In this document: positions 29,333-39,753 of the stretch, piece after piece
Numbering within the stretch: position 1 is the stretch's first letter
Layout: each line of letters starts with the position of its first letter
Assembly (NCBI GenBank): GCA_963719035.1
Contig: CAVRAO010000012.1
Span: forward strand, 128,001 to 192,000
Origin: Methanobacteriota archaeon
Lineage (GTDB): Archaea; Halobacteriota; Bog-38; Methanoflorentales; Methanoflorentaceae
Reading direction: 5' to 3'
Length of the DNA: 64,000 nt
Position numbers and translations under genes: made by a program
Notes under the pieces: generated by a model
Databases searched by the model: none
What the model saw: the letters and a program-made list of their open reading frames with translations, nothing else
What the model was told of the DNA's origin: nothing

Positions 29333-29725
29333 CTATTTATCTATTCCAACGGTTCGTGAAAGGCTTCGTAGCATAGCGATGGTCTCTTCGTCTTGCTGCG
29401 CGTCGCGTTTCCGCACGTCGTCGAGTGAGTCGATGATATCGCAGAGTTGTGTGGAGAGACGGTAACACTTAAGCGGGCGCCCTTTGCCCTCTTTTTTTTG
29501 TTCCCATTCTTCAATCCAACCGCGTTCCCTCATTTCGCGCATCGCGATGCTCACTTCAGGCTGTCGCAAGCCGGCACCAAGCTCAATATTGCGGGAAACC
29601 GATTCATTGACGTTGGCTAGATACACCAATGCTTTCGCCAAGTTCCTCTTGACTCCGACATCGCAAAGAAGGCTTGCCATCACTTCTTCATCTTGGTCGA
29701 ATACCGGTAAGGATCCGTCCCTCAT
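29333..29725 (-). CDS. Archaeal winged-helix transcriptional regulator (COG4738-like)
   Basis: S..IE....LRQPEVSIAM and KGRP...Y.L; likely start 29725. Confidence 0.85.
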   Translation of the reverse strand: MRDGSLPVFDQDEEVMASLLCDVGVKRNLAKALVYLANVNESVSRNIELGAGLRQPEVSIAMREMRERGWIEEWEQKKEGKGRPLKCYRLSTQLCDIIDSLDDVRKRDAQQDEETIAMLRSLSRTVGIDK

Positions 29726-29885
29726 TATATCCCCCTTACTATTTTTATCATATAAATTATATTGACGATATAAATACGTTTTCAAATTATTTCTTCGATT
29801 TTCGGTCAAAAATGCCTTATTTTAATTATAGGATAACATCTATATTATCTTTAATATAAACTGGTGCACGCGCGCGTCAAAAGCC

Positions 29886-29892
29886 TTTTATA
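29886..29892 (+). promoter_or_regulatory. TATA box of the tRNA-Met transcript
   Basis: Purine-rich BRE followed by TTTTATA, about 60 nt upstream of the tRNA. Confidence 0.6.
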
Positions 29893-29952
29893 GAGCGCTC
29901 GTAATAGCGGGAGTGTCTGAAGGGGCTGCTTAGCCTCTTGCAGCACCTCGCA

Positions 29953-30083
29953 GCCGGGGTGGCCTAGTAAGTTGTTGCAGACGTAGGCAATGATCTAGAT
30001 GGCTAAGGTGTCAGACTCATAGGGTAATCTAACTCGACACCTGAGATATCTGAAGAGCGCGGGTTCAACTCCCGCCCCCGGCA
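29953..30083 (+). tRNA. Elongator tRNA-Met(CAT) with two introns (29970-30000 at 17/18; 30022-30047 at 37/38)
   Basis: Acceptor GCCGGGG/CCCCGGC+A, anticodon arm TCAGA-CTCATA|A-TCTGA, T arm GCGGG-TTCAACT-CCCGC; both introns form BHB motifs. Confidence 0.92.
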
Positions 30084-30187
30084 TGCTCTATTCTTTGAGA
30101 ATTAACTATATATCTCTGATTTTTTTAGATATGACTATTAAGTTTTATGAAGATTCGAAAGCTGCAGCTTCCAGGAAAATCGAGCAA

Positions 30188-31030
30188 ATGAAAAAAAAAT
30201 TGCTTTGTATAACAATTGTTTTGCTCATCGCCGTTACGATATGTGGGACCGGTTGCACATCAAACACCTCTGGCGCTAGGGTTCAGGTCGCTGGATCTAC
30301 AACAATCCAACCTCACGCTGAGGCGTTAGCGAAAGCATTCCAAACAAACAACTCCGGTATCACGGTGTTCGTACAAGGTGGGGGCTCATCTGCCGGCGTC
30401 ACAGCGGTCGGAACAGGCACCGCAGACATCGGCATGTCATCTGCAAACCTGACAGCAAGTCAACTAGCACGGTACCCGAATCTCAAGCCAGTACCAATTG
30501 CTGTAGATGGGTTAGCCGTTATCATCAACCCACAAAATCCCGTTGATAGTCTGACGCTTAACCAAGTGCGTGATATCTTTAGTGGAAGTATCAGTAATTG
30601 GAACCAGGTTGGCGGGCCAAGTCAGCAGATAAATACAGTCAATCGTGAGATCGGGTCTGGCACTCGCGATGGCATACAGAAAATAGTGCTGAAAAATGGC
30701 AGCTTTAGTAGCAGAGGAATCACCCAGTCGTCAACAGGAGCCGTCAGATCGTTTGTTGCTGCTGATCCCAACGCAATCGGTTACATTTCATTTGCGGAAG
30801 TCGACAATAGCGTTAAGGCCTTAGGGATTGATGGCGTTGTGCCTACATACGCATCTATAGCTAATGGAACCTACCCGATCCAACGCGACCTCCTCTTTGT
30901 AATAAACGGAGACCCGAGCGGCTATGCAAAGGCCTTTCTAGATTTCACACTAAGTCCTGCAGGGCAAGCGATATTGAAGGCCAATAACGAGGTGTCGATA
31001 AACGACGTTTCAGTGAGTGGGTCCGCTTAG
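30188..31030 (+). CDS. pstS: Phosphate ABC transporter substrate-binding lipoprotein, orphan paralog
   Basis: GSTT, GGGSSAG, IAVDG, RE.GSGTR; close paralog of 42230-43093. Confidence 0.92.
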   Translation: MKKKLLCITIVLLIAVTICGTGCTSNTSGARVQVAGSTTIQPHAEALAKAFQTNNSGITVFVQGGGSSAGVTAVGTGTADIGMSSANLTASQLARYPNLKPVPIAVDGLAVIINPQNPVDSLTLNQVRDIFSGSISNWNQVGGPSQQINTVNREIGSGTRDGIQKIVLKNGSFSSRGITQSSTGAVRSFVAADPNAIGYISFAEVDNSVKALGIDGVVPTYASIANGTYPIQRDLLFVINGDPSGYAKAFLDFTLSPAGQAILKANNEVSINDVSVSGSA

Positions 31031-31198
31031 CCATCGGCGAAGACGTAAAGAAGACAAGCGACCCCCAATTACCTTTATCTTCACCTAGTTTTCAAAGGGA
31101 GTCTTCAGCATCACGCCAAAGACAGCAGCGCGTTCCCACAGATCAGCAGTCAAAGATGAAAGGAGCGTAGATCTCCAACTAACTTAGAGCAGTAACTC

Positions 31199-31290
31199 TA
31201 TATGTTAAACTTTTTTTATATAATTTTTAGATTTTCATCTAGATTCGTAAGGTTCAACTGATGGTAAATCGAGTTCCATTGGTCGCTTAT
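31199..31290 (+). pseudogene. Degenerate copy of the promoter and first codons of the AbrB/PhoU regulator at 41124
   Basis: ttttatataatt..tagatttt.at..agattcg.aaggttcaactga.tgg.aaatcgagtt matches 41101-41163; ATGGAG is changed to ATCTAG. Confidence 0.75.
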
Positions 31291-31613
31291 GGTTTCTTTG
31301 GACTTTTAGTTTTATGCTGTAGATTCGGCCTAATATGGTGGATTCGGGACGAACATCTTCGCTTTGTGGCTCATACTGTCCATTGTGATCCTACCCGGTA
31401 TTTGATAGTGCAATCTTTCTTCTCGCAGGGTGGCTGCTGATGCCGATCTGGCGATGAAAGGAAACTCCATTTTTTCTAGAGAATAAGGTAAAGAACGTGA
31501 ACCGCTCCGCAGTATGCGTAGAGAAAGAGAGGTCATTCGACCTATTATTAGCGGGATTGTCCACAAAGTCTTTTACCAGGGTAATTGTGCGCGAGCTACA
31601 AAGGAGTGTAATT

Positions 31614-31811
31614 ATGAAGAACAAGGCACGGCTTTATGCGAGAAGGCGGGAAATGTACCATCTTTATGTGCAAAAAAAGAACATGACGGAGATTCTTGAT
31701 AAGCTCTCTGCTAAGTATAGTATATCCAAACAGGCGCTGTGGCAGGACTGGCAAAAGCGCACCTATTGGGTTTACGACGTCTTTGATCTCGAGCCAGCTC
31801 GAGCGCGATAA
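31614..31811 (+). CDS. Small HTH-like protein, 65 aa (paralog of 415-621)
   Basis: AGGAG SD; 83% aa identity to copy 1. Confidence 0.8.
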   Translation: MKNKARLYARRREMYHLYVQKKNMTEILDKLSAKYSISKQALWQDWQKRTYWVYDVFDLEPARAR

Positions 31812-32046
31812 AGAAATGGGTAGCCCCCTCCACTAGCAGATTGGTGCTGAAAAAGCAGAATCCGAAGGGTGCAAAGACGAGGGCTATTGAGATATATGGG
31901 GAGTGTGACTAGAGCTGGGGGCGACGGTTCCGTTGGCGCCGTGAGTAGGGCAGACCTCTGGGATTGGTACCTTCCTCACAAGCATTCTTAACACATTCTG
32001 ACTCGAAAAACAAAAAAGGTGATCAAGAGAGGCCTACCGCGTATAT

Positions 32047-32232
32047 GTGTTGGGCTCCATCGTCGGCATTATGTCAGATCTTCTTACAGTATTCTCCATT
32101 ATCGTAATCTCGCTTGTGACAATCTCCGTTGTTATATATTTGCTGCCATTAATTGTGCTTGCCGCACTTGTGCTGCTTGCATTATGGAGTGCGAGCTTGC
32201 GAAACCGCCCACGAAGCTCTCTCGTCCATTAG
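32047..32232 (+). CDS. Small hydrophobic membrane protein
   Basis: About 40 consecutive hydrophobic residues followed by a basic tail. Confidence 0.5.
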   Translation: MLGSIVGIMSDLLTVFSIIVISLVTISVVIYLLPLIVLAALVLLALWSASLRNRPRSSLVH

Positions 32233-32923
32233 TCTGACACTTGTCCCTCTTTGTCGGTCGCATTCTCCGTTTATTTATATTGTTGGCGACCGTTTCTGGC
32301 AAATGCTTTAGTGACTTTCCCAACTAAAGGTCGTTCAAAAAGCGTAGAAGAAGATAGGAATGTCAGGGGCACCAACAACGGAAGTGTTGGCGGTCCTCGT
32401 CTGGGAGTGTTACGATATGAATTGTAGCACTTCTCAATGTGGCAGAACAGGTATAGAGACTGTGTATTCTCTATGCAGTGACTATTTTAAACATAACGCT
32501 AACATAGACGCGGTCGTGTCAAAAGAACCGCTCGGAAAAGGTCGGGAGAACGGAAGCGGGTTTAAATCAAACTGTGCTCTGCCGTTCTCCTCTACAATCA
32601 TGACTAATGGTGTGTTTCTGAAGCGATCGTCCACTTCCTTCATCTCCACGGTGAGCGCGTGTAGGCATATCGACTACCTCCGTCTTAGTGCCTGACCATT
32701 ATTCACCGCGCTCACCACGGAAAACCGTTTTTCAATGCCGCTGCACGGCACCTTCAGTAACCGAAAAAACCATCTTTAAAATAGATAGTAATTAAATTCG
32801 AATATGTAGCGCTTGCAGAAGTTAATTCTTGTTGACTGCAGCTGCGCGCTCACGTGTCCAAGCGTCGCATCAAAGGCAAAAAAAGAGAAGACGATAGGAC
32901 TTAGGATATAGAAGCAGAAGCAA

Positions 32924-34192
32924 GTGGACTACAACAAAAGCTTTGCAGAACAAATGTCTCAAGAAACTCCTCAATCCCAACGACATAAATCGCCTAAGCC
33001 CACGGCTGCGGCAACATTGGACGATGCGGGCACAATGGCGGACGACTACAGTTACATTCCCGCTCTTAATGACGCCATTGTAGGCTATTTCAAGGATGCC
33101 GCGCGCATCACCCTAAGGGAACCAGCGAAAGCCCTCTTCTTTCTCCGCACTATCTTGTGGCAGAGGAAAGCGGCGCGCGTGCGGCGGAAATGGCAGAAAA
33201 GTGGCCTGCACGTGCCCGCCCTCCTTATCGTAAGCGTCACGAGCAAGTGCAACCTTCGCTGCAAAGGATGTTACGCCTTTGCGCATGAAAAGGGCAAATC
33301 AAAAGCACCGGAGTTGAGTGACGCTCGCCTTCGCACTCTTGTCGCTGAAGCAAATGAACTTGGCATCTCGGCAATTCTGTTCGCGGGCGGAGAACCGCTG
33401 ATCCGTAAGGATCTCTTGATCATTACCAGAGATTTCCCTTCCGTTATATTCCCAATAGTTACGAACGGAACACTCATCGATGAGGGCACGCTTGACCACT
33501 TTCAAAACCAGAGAAACGTGATCCCCGTTATTAGTGTTGAGGGCGACGAACGCGACACCGATGAGCGTCGAGGTGTCGGGATGCATAAGCGCCTGCAGAG
33601 CGCAATGGAACGGATGCGTGCTAAACGAATCTTTTTTGGCTGCTCTTTGACGATAACGCAGTCTAACTTCGCGACAATCACAGATGAACGCTTCATTAAG
33701 AGCCTCACCCAGGCAGGGGCTAAGCTTATCCTCTTCCTAGAGTATGTTTCAGTGGAGGCAGGGACTGAAGATTGGATCTTGACTGATGAGCAGCGGAGCG
33801 CGCTCGCGCACAAAACAGAGCGATTTCGGACTCAATTTCCTGCAATCTTCATTGCAATTCCCGGAGACGAGGACCTGTTTGGCGGGTGTCTTGCTGCGGG
33901 GCGAGGATTCGTTCACGTGAGCCCTGAAGGAGATCTTGAGCCGTGCCCGGTTTCGCCCTACTCCGATACAAATGTGCGACAGCTCTCTCTTAAAGAGGCG
34001 CTGCAATCTAGACTTCTGCAGGCAATTCGCCAGCGTCAAGAGACACTTAGCGAGATGGAGGGCGGCTGTGCCCTCTGGACAGAGCGCGAGTGGGTGCGTT
34101 CTTTGCTCCCCCCCGAAGAAAGTATACCTGTTCCAGTTCGTCACATCGGTTCGGAATACCAACAGGGAGCCGGCCGTGCGGAATCGTCTTGA
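32924..34192 (+). CDS. Radical SAM protein with a SPASM/twitch-type C-terminal domain
   Basis: CNLRCKGC, GGEP, C.AAGRG..H....G..EPC; the true start may be downstream. Confidence 0.92.
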   Translation: MDYNKSFAEQMSQETPQSQRHKSPKPTAAATLDDAGTMADDYSYIPALNDAIVGYFKDAARITLREPAKALFFLRTILWQRKAARVRRKWQKSGLHVPALLIVSVTSKCNLRCKGCYAFAHEKGKSKAPELSDARLRTLVAEANELGISAILFAGGEPLIRKDLLIITRDFPSVIFPIVTNGTLIDEGTLDHFQNQRNVIPVISVEGDERDTDERRGVGMHKRLQSAMERMRAKRIFFGCSLTITQSNFATITDERFIKSLTQAGAKLILFLEYVSVEAGTEDWILTDEQRSALAHKTERFRTQFPAIFIAIPGDEDLFGGCLAAGRGFVHVSPEGDLEPCPVSPYSDTNVRQLSLKEALQSRLLQAIRQRQETLSEMEGGCALWTEREWVRSLLPPEESIPVPVRHIGSEYQQGAGRAESS

Positions 34193-34404
34193 ACTGAAGA
34201 AAATGCGCTTAGATAGCGGCAAAAAGTTGACTATCTTGTTTCTTCCAGTTTTTTACTAAGTCGACACCTAACTTGTTGTTTTAGCGCCAGTAGTGCGGGT
34301 GCCAGCACGTTTAAGCAGTTCCCGCACTCAGCTGGGAGTCCTCGTTGCGGCTATTGAGTCTATATAGATAACATATTAATGCTGGATACTAGAGGGTATA
34401 AAAC

Positions 34405-35145
34405 GTGACAGATCAGCGTAAAGAACCCGTAGAAGTGTGCCCCGGCGTCTTCCAGATCCCGGCGCAGCGGCCATCGTGCCACGTGTACCTCATCGTTGGG
34501 ACATATAAGACCGTCATGATCGATTCAGGAATCGATTCGAGCTTTGGTGATTTGAGGAACGCGTTGAGCGACATTGGATTCACGCCTGCCGATGTCGATT
34601 TGGTCGTTAACACGCACGAACACTTTGATCACATCGGCGGCAACAAGTACTTCTACCGCACGGCCATTATCGCGGCCGGACGACTCGCTGCCGCAAAAAT
34701 AACCGAAAAAGACGCATATGTCACTATGTACTCGTCTTTTTCGGCCGATTATCGGTATACGAAACCGCATGTGTGGTTTGAGAGCGGAGCGTTTATCGAC
34801 TTAGAAAACGCGAAACTCGAAGTAATCTATACTCCCGGTCATACATCAGGCTGCATATGCATCTATGAGGAGTATAACAAACTGCTATTCTCGGGAGATA
34901 CCGTTTTTGCACACGGGAGCCTATCGGCGATAGCACCTTCGGGAAGTGCTGGTGACTACGTGCACTCCATGGACGTGCTCAATACGAAAAAGATTCAGCG
35001 ACTCTTTCCCGGCCACGGATCGCTCTCGCAGACGCCCTCCGAAGACATAGAACTCGCATCGAAAAACGCCAGGACAAGACTGCAGGAGGTGAAAACCGAC
35101 GATACGTGGTCTGAATCCACGCCTTTAGATGAAATAGGTCAATGA
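34405..35145 (+). CDS. Metallo-beta-lactamase-fold hydrolase
   Basis: THEHFDH, TPGHT, SGD, PGHG. Confidence 0.92.
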   Translation: MTDQRKEPVEVCPGVFQIPAQRPSCHVYLIVGTYKTVMIDSGIDSSFGDLRNALSDIGFTPADVDLVVNTHEHFDHIGGNKYFYRTAIIAAGRLAAAKITEKDAYVTMYSSFSADYRYTKPHVWFESGAFIDLENAKLEVIYTPGHTSGCICIYEEYNKLLFSGDTVFAHGSLSAIAPSGSAGDYVHSMDVLNTKKIQRLFPGHGSLSQTPSEDIELASKNARTRLQEVKTDDTWSESTPLDEIGQ

Positions 35146-35401
35146 ACAGAAGCTATTGTAGTAGGCCCGACTATCTCGGAAGCCCAGCGTTGCCGAGCAC
35201 TATTATGAGCTCATCGACTTCGACGACGTTCATAGTATTTTGAAACGGCGGAGGTATCTGGAATTACGATTGACGAAGTGTGCCGCGGAAGCAGTCTTAG
35301 GCGAGTATCCAAGCGGCCGGTAGGACAGAATCGCAGCGATTTTATTAAAGAACGCGCTATAAATTACAGCTTGTCAAACTCACATAAGCAAAGGAGGAAT
35401 T

Positions 35402-35947
35402 ATGGACGAAAAAATGAAGAAGTTCATTCCACTTTTTGTCCTGATAGGACTGGCTATAGTAGCTTTCGCAATTTACATAATAGTAAACCACGTTGGGATG
35501 CCGACCCGAGATCTTTCAGGGGCACCAGCGAACTTTTGGTGGGGTCTTTGGCAAGGTCTTATTGTTTTCTTATCATTCATAGCCAGTTGGTTTGACAACA
35601 ATATCGTGCTCTACCAGGTCAACAATAATGGATTTTGGTACAACCTCGGATACGTTATTGGCATTATTGTCCTTGGGGCTGGGGGCGGAGGCAGCGCAAG
35701 AGCTTCTAGGACAACAGAAAAACCCAAGATGCAGGGTCATGAAGCACCACCACCCCCGCTGTTGCTTTTTGCCGGCATCGCTATCGCATTTGCATGGCTG
35801 CTGTTCGTGGGACTCTGGTTGTTTTTCTATGCCAGCGATTTTAGTATCTGGGAAAACATCGGGATAGGCATCATCTCTGTTGCAGTTGTAGCGATATTAG
35901 AGACCGCAATCTGGGTTCCGTGGGGACTGAAACACAGTAGCAAGTAA
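35402..35947 (+). CDS. Hypothetical membrane protein
   Basis: GGAGG SD; A.FW.GLW.G and Y..NN.G.WY..G motifs; several TM segments. Confidence 0.75.
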   Translation: MDEKMKKFIPLFVLIGLAIVAFAIYIIVNHVGMPTRDLSGAPANFWWGLWQGLIVFLSFIASWFDNNIVLYQVNNNGFWYNLGYVIGIIVLGAGGGGSARASRTTEKPKMQGHEAPPPPLLLFAGIAIAFAWLLFVGLWLFFYASDFSIWENIGIGIISVAVVAILETAIWVPWGLKHSSK

Positions 35948-36285
35948 AGAGCTCGCGATGAGGGCTGCGCTTTGTCAGCCCATAAGCAGCAGATTAGATT
36001 AGATGGTATGACGTTGACGGTTTTTTCTATGTTGCTTTAGCGTATTCAACTTTTTTTGAAAACCCCCCAGTGAGACCGATCTAAAAACCATGAACAAGGA
36101 CGATTCGCAATATGTCTACAGTCAGACTAATTTGCGTATGATCGTCTCAGACGCAGAGGTTCTCATTATGCCAACTGAGCGCCATCTCCCGTTCATATGT
36201 GCGCTCGTTAAAATGCAGCGACTGCGGTTTAAAGGATAAGACTCATTTATATGAATAAGTAAGCAGTATTCCCACTAGAAGCAGC

Positions 36286-36753
36286 ATGCTCGATACACTT
36301 TCTGATGATATAGAACTAATCGCTCCGTGTGGTATGAACTGTGCGGTGTGCAGCAGATACCTTGCGCGTAAATATGACGTCAACCGGAAAGGGCTCAATA
36401 TGCCTTATTGCGCGGGATGTCGCCCTCAAGGTAAGATATGTGCGTTTCAGAAACGCTGCGATCTCCTTCGGAAGAATAAAGTTCGTTTTTGTTATGAATG
36501 CAGCAGTTTCCCGTGCGGCAACGTTGAGCCGCTTGACGCACGCTATCAACAGCATTACCACACGAGTTTCATCGAAAATCTCGCCTTTATCAAGGAGCAT
36601 TCGCTTGCGGCTTTTATGGAGCGTGAGGATGCGAAGTGGCGGTGTGAGCAGTGTGGGGCAATGCTGTGCTGCCATAATGGAATCTGTTACAATTGCAGCG
36701 CTGATCGCTTACAAACGAGAAAGAAGTTGTACAGGTGGGACGACGAACAATGA
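36286..36753 (+). CDS. DUF3795-like Cys-rich protein
   Basis: IAPCGMNC..C, C.GCR, FC.EC..FPC, C..CG. Confidence 0.88.
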   Translation: MLDTLSDDIELIAPCGMNCAVCSRYLARKYDVNRKGLNMPYCAGCRPQGKICAFQKRCDLLRKNKVRFCYECSSFPCGNVEPLDARYQQHYHTSFIENLAFIKEHSLAAFMEREDAKWRCEQCGAMLCCHNGICYNCSADRLQTRKKLYRWDDEQ

Positions 36754-37064
36754 AGTTGACTCCAGCACAAGTTGACCGATGAAGCGAGGGAGCTGTCATA
36801 ATTTGTTATAGCGAGCCTGCCGGACGTTCGCACATTGAGATACGATTAACACAAACGAGATGTGTTAAGGGCGTGTTTTTGCTTGGCCATGGGTTTATCG
36901 TAATTAACGAAGCACAAATCATAACATTTTGTATTAGCTCTCACTTGTCAGAATATGATCTGTTGAGGCGGGGAAGCGAGTTATTTAAACCTACAAACAG
37001 ACCCGCTTCAAAAAAACGATAGCGGTGTCATATCCCCGTTCGGCACTATTAACGCACACAGAGT

Positions 37065-37457
37065 TCAGTCTCGGCTCATATAACGATCCCATTCTATCTC
37101 ATATTCGCGTGGTGCAGGCTCTTCTTTATGCTCCCGTTCAGCTTGTCGACCTAGCTCTTGATATCGCCTCAATTCCATTCCCAAAAAATATCGATTTGCG
37201 TCCTCAACTAAGCCAGCAACCGCATTCCAACAAGCACCGTACTTTCTTATTGCCGCCGCATCTTTTTGGCATTTATAGCAGGCTATTTTGCCAATAATAT
37301 TTACATTCGCCTTCGCAGGGGCTTTTTTTTCGAAGTAACTCTTCCATTCGTCGGGTGGTGTGTTAGATAAAATATAAGGGACCATGACTTCATTCTCCGA
37401 GTGCTCCTTGATGTGACCATGATCAACCTCTAGAATAGTAATCTCTTTAAATCCCAT
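37065..37457 (-). CDS. Hypothetical protein
   Basis: GAGGT SD; 130-aa ORF with globular-protein composition. Confidence 0.6.
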   Translation of the reverse strand: MGFKEITILEVDHGHIKEHSENEVMVPYILSNTPPDEWKSYFEKKAPAKANVNIIGKIACYKCQKDAAAIRKYGACWNAVAGLVEDANRYFLGMELRRYQELGRQAEREHKEEPAPREYEIEWDRYMSRD

Positions 37458-37875
37458 CTGGCTACCTCACGCGAATCATTCAAGCGACCAAACTAATATC
37501 TTCCTCCAAGCGAGCTGCTCTAAAAAAGTGAGCAAAAGAATTCCAGGCATAGTCATTGTATGGGCACTTGCGAACAGCTTAAAAGTTGCTGTTCGTCCTC
37601 AGATCCTGTTTGTGTCCGCAACATAGGGGACTAAAGATAAAAAAACCTCACAAGGCCGGTCTTAAGTAAGATATTTTTAAAAAGTGACTAAACGGCCCGA
37701 CTACGCAAAGAGCAATTAGTTATTCGATTCAAATGTTTAGTGCGTTAGCTGATGCCCCTAGCCTATAGAATGCCAAGGCGACAAAAAGACGCTATTTCCT
37801 CTCTATATAGCCCTATATAGATTAAGAAGGATGCGTTGACATCGCTGCTCAGCTTTTATTAGTTAGAGGTGAGAA

Positions 37876-38034
37876 ATGAAGATGTTAGAAGAAAAACGGG
37901 AGAAACCGCTTAGATCGTTTATCCTGCCGAATGAATCGTTCAAGTGGGATAGAGTCCTTGAGGAGTACGCCGAAGAGAACTCTCGTCAAGAACCTACTGA
38001 CGAACGGCAGGATGCTGAGCAACAACGCTTATAA
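37876..38034 (+). CDS. 52-aa acidic microprotein of the 'FILPNES' family
   Basis: GAGGTGA SD; MKMLEEKREKPLRSFILPNESFKWDRVLEEY...; paralog on the opposite strand at 39144-39374. Confidence 0.75.
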   Translation: MKMLEEKREKPLRSFILPNESFKWDRVLEEYAEENSRQEPTDERQDAEQQRL

Positions 38035-39143
38035 GCCATCCTTTTCCGTCTTAGATTTATGAAGCGGAAACCGTAGCGCTTTATTTGATAATTGCGATTG
38101 CACTTTTAGTTTCTTTCTGATGCTTATAGCAACATAAAGCCAACACAAGGTATCTCTAAGCACAACCTAGGAGCGAGGGGCCAATTTCTGTTCCTGTTCT
38201 CTCGGAGAGCTCGGAAAGAATGCATCCATTAACAGCGGAGGCTTGCTAAGACTACAATAAAATAAGTGTAGATACTGCATATTGTATATGTAGTACAGAT
38301 TTTGAAAATATCCAAAATGTAAATTTTGTCGTGTCAGAAGAACCCACTTCTTGTCAGAAGAACGCACTGAAAGATTGAAAATATGTCGCTGGAGCGACTA
38401 TCAAATTCTCCACATGTGATGAGCGCATCGACATATCGACTTCCTGGCGACGTTTGTAAATATCTCTCTCTGCGCGATTACTGAGAAATCGTTTTTCGGT
38501 TTTTTAACACTTCTTGCTGCTCCGTGCGATTGTATGACGTTTAACTAAGGAGAGGAAATGGGGCTTAGGAGAACACAGAGAGAACTTATATCGACGAACG
38601 ATTCCGCTCGCGTCGGCGGTGATTCGTGGTGAACATAGAACAGGTGGAGAAATTTATAACTGCTTTACCACCCGGACGGGGAATGCGAAAAAGGGCGTCG
38701 GAGAGTGAAAGACAACGCGTGCATTTATTGTCTTGAACGCGCTCTGGAAGATATTCGCTTCGCTTTATGCTCTGACGCTCCTTAGCGACTTCCTTCAAAT
38801 CATTATTTTTCTGTTTGCTCACTCTGTTCAACGAATCGAAACAATGATGGAGACCAATAGACCACATTGTAACCTGAGGCGATTACGACCTGATGAAGGG
38901 CTGGGTGCTTAGCTACCACGAACTGATCTGCGTTAAGTACGCGGTGAAGAAACTGTTGACAAGAGTAGCTCAAGATGTAATTCGATTGACCACATCTAAG
39001 ATTAGGTCACAACCTGTATTGCTGCTGGCGAAAAATGCAAAGAACGCTAGGCGCACTGACAAGGTTAAGAAGAGGATGCCAAGCGACGTGCTTCTCGCCT
39101 CTCGTCGTAAAAAAAGCGGCCAAAAAAGATATCGCTCTGCCGC

Positions 39144-39374
39144 TCAATAGTAGTAGCGGTCTCGATTTTTTCGTTTCTTGTGCGTGACAATATAGTCCTT
39201 GTCAAAGCCATCGTCAGCGAGTTGTTCAGTCCCCACGTTATCGGAATTGACCTCCTGAAGAGAATCCTCAACAACGAACTTCTCGAGGATGAAGTCCCAC
39301 TGATACGATTCATTCGGCAGGATAAACCATTTGAGGAGATTCTCCTGTTTCTCTCCTGCTTTCAAAGTTCCCAT
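39144..39374 (-). CDS. 76-aa microprotein of the 'FILPNES' family
   Basis: MGTLKAGEKQENLLKWFILPNESYQWDFILEKF...; shares the motif with 37876-38034. Confidence 0.7.
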   Translation of the reverse strand: MGTLKAGEKQENLLKWFILPNESYQWDFILEKFVVEDSLQEVNSDNVGTEQLADDGFDKDYIVTHKKRKNRDRYYY

Positions 39375-39753
39375 CTCCGTAGTTAAGAATGAGAGTGGAC
39401 CTACGTTAACGCTTACCCCATACACTATATAGTGTTCCGGAGTCTCCTTAAAAAACGCTTAAGCATTCATAACTCGATACATCCTTGTCGCAACTTGGCT
39501 TGGTTGTGACTGGCGTCCAAGGCTTCGGCCTGCCTCGGTCGATGCTTGACAAAAAGACCTTGGTCCGCCATCTTGACCAAAAAACGGTTGGGTGCGCGAT
39601 CCGGCCGTTTTTCACCCCCTTTTTTTAGGTCATATTAGCACAGATGCAGCTGCTGTAGAAAGATCATGTGGTATGGTTAAGAGCGGGGGTTACCACATGT
39701 CGTGTTAACTCAAATTGCAGTCCGCACTCTGCATTGAAGGATGTTCTAAGAAG

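Noticed and set aside
31820-31886. Resemblance to a c-di-GMP-I riboswitch (GAAA loop, GCAAAG)
   Set aside because: P1 and tetraloop-receptor elements do not match, and it lies 3' of a gene.
32482-32668. Minus-strand ORF with a strong GGAGGTAG SD that would need a frameshift after four codons (MPTR/LTVEMKEVDDRF...)
   Set aside because: No recognisable family supports the frameshift.
37748-37762. GCTGATG-CCCCTA resembling the 3' half of a fluoride riboswitch
   Set aside because: The 5' GATGG.GTTC half is absent.
38416-38484. TGATGA...CTGA possible C/D box RNA
   Set aside because: The second guide region is too long and the internal boxes are degenerate.
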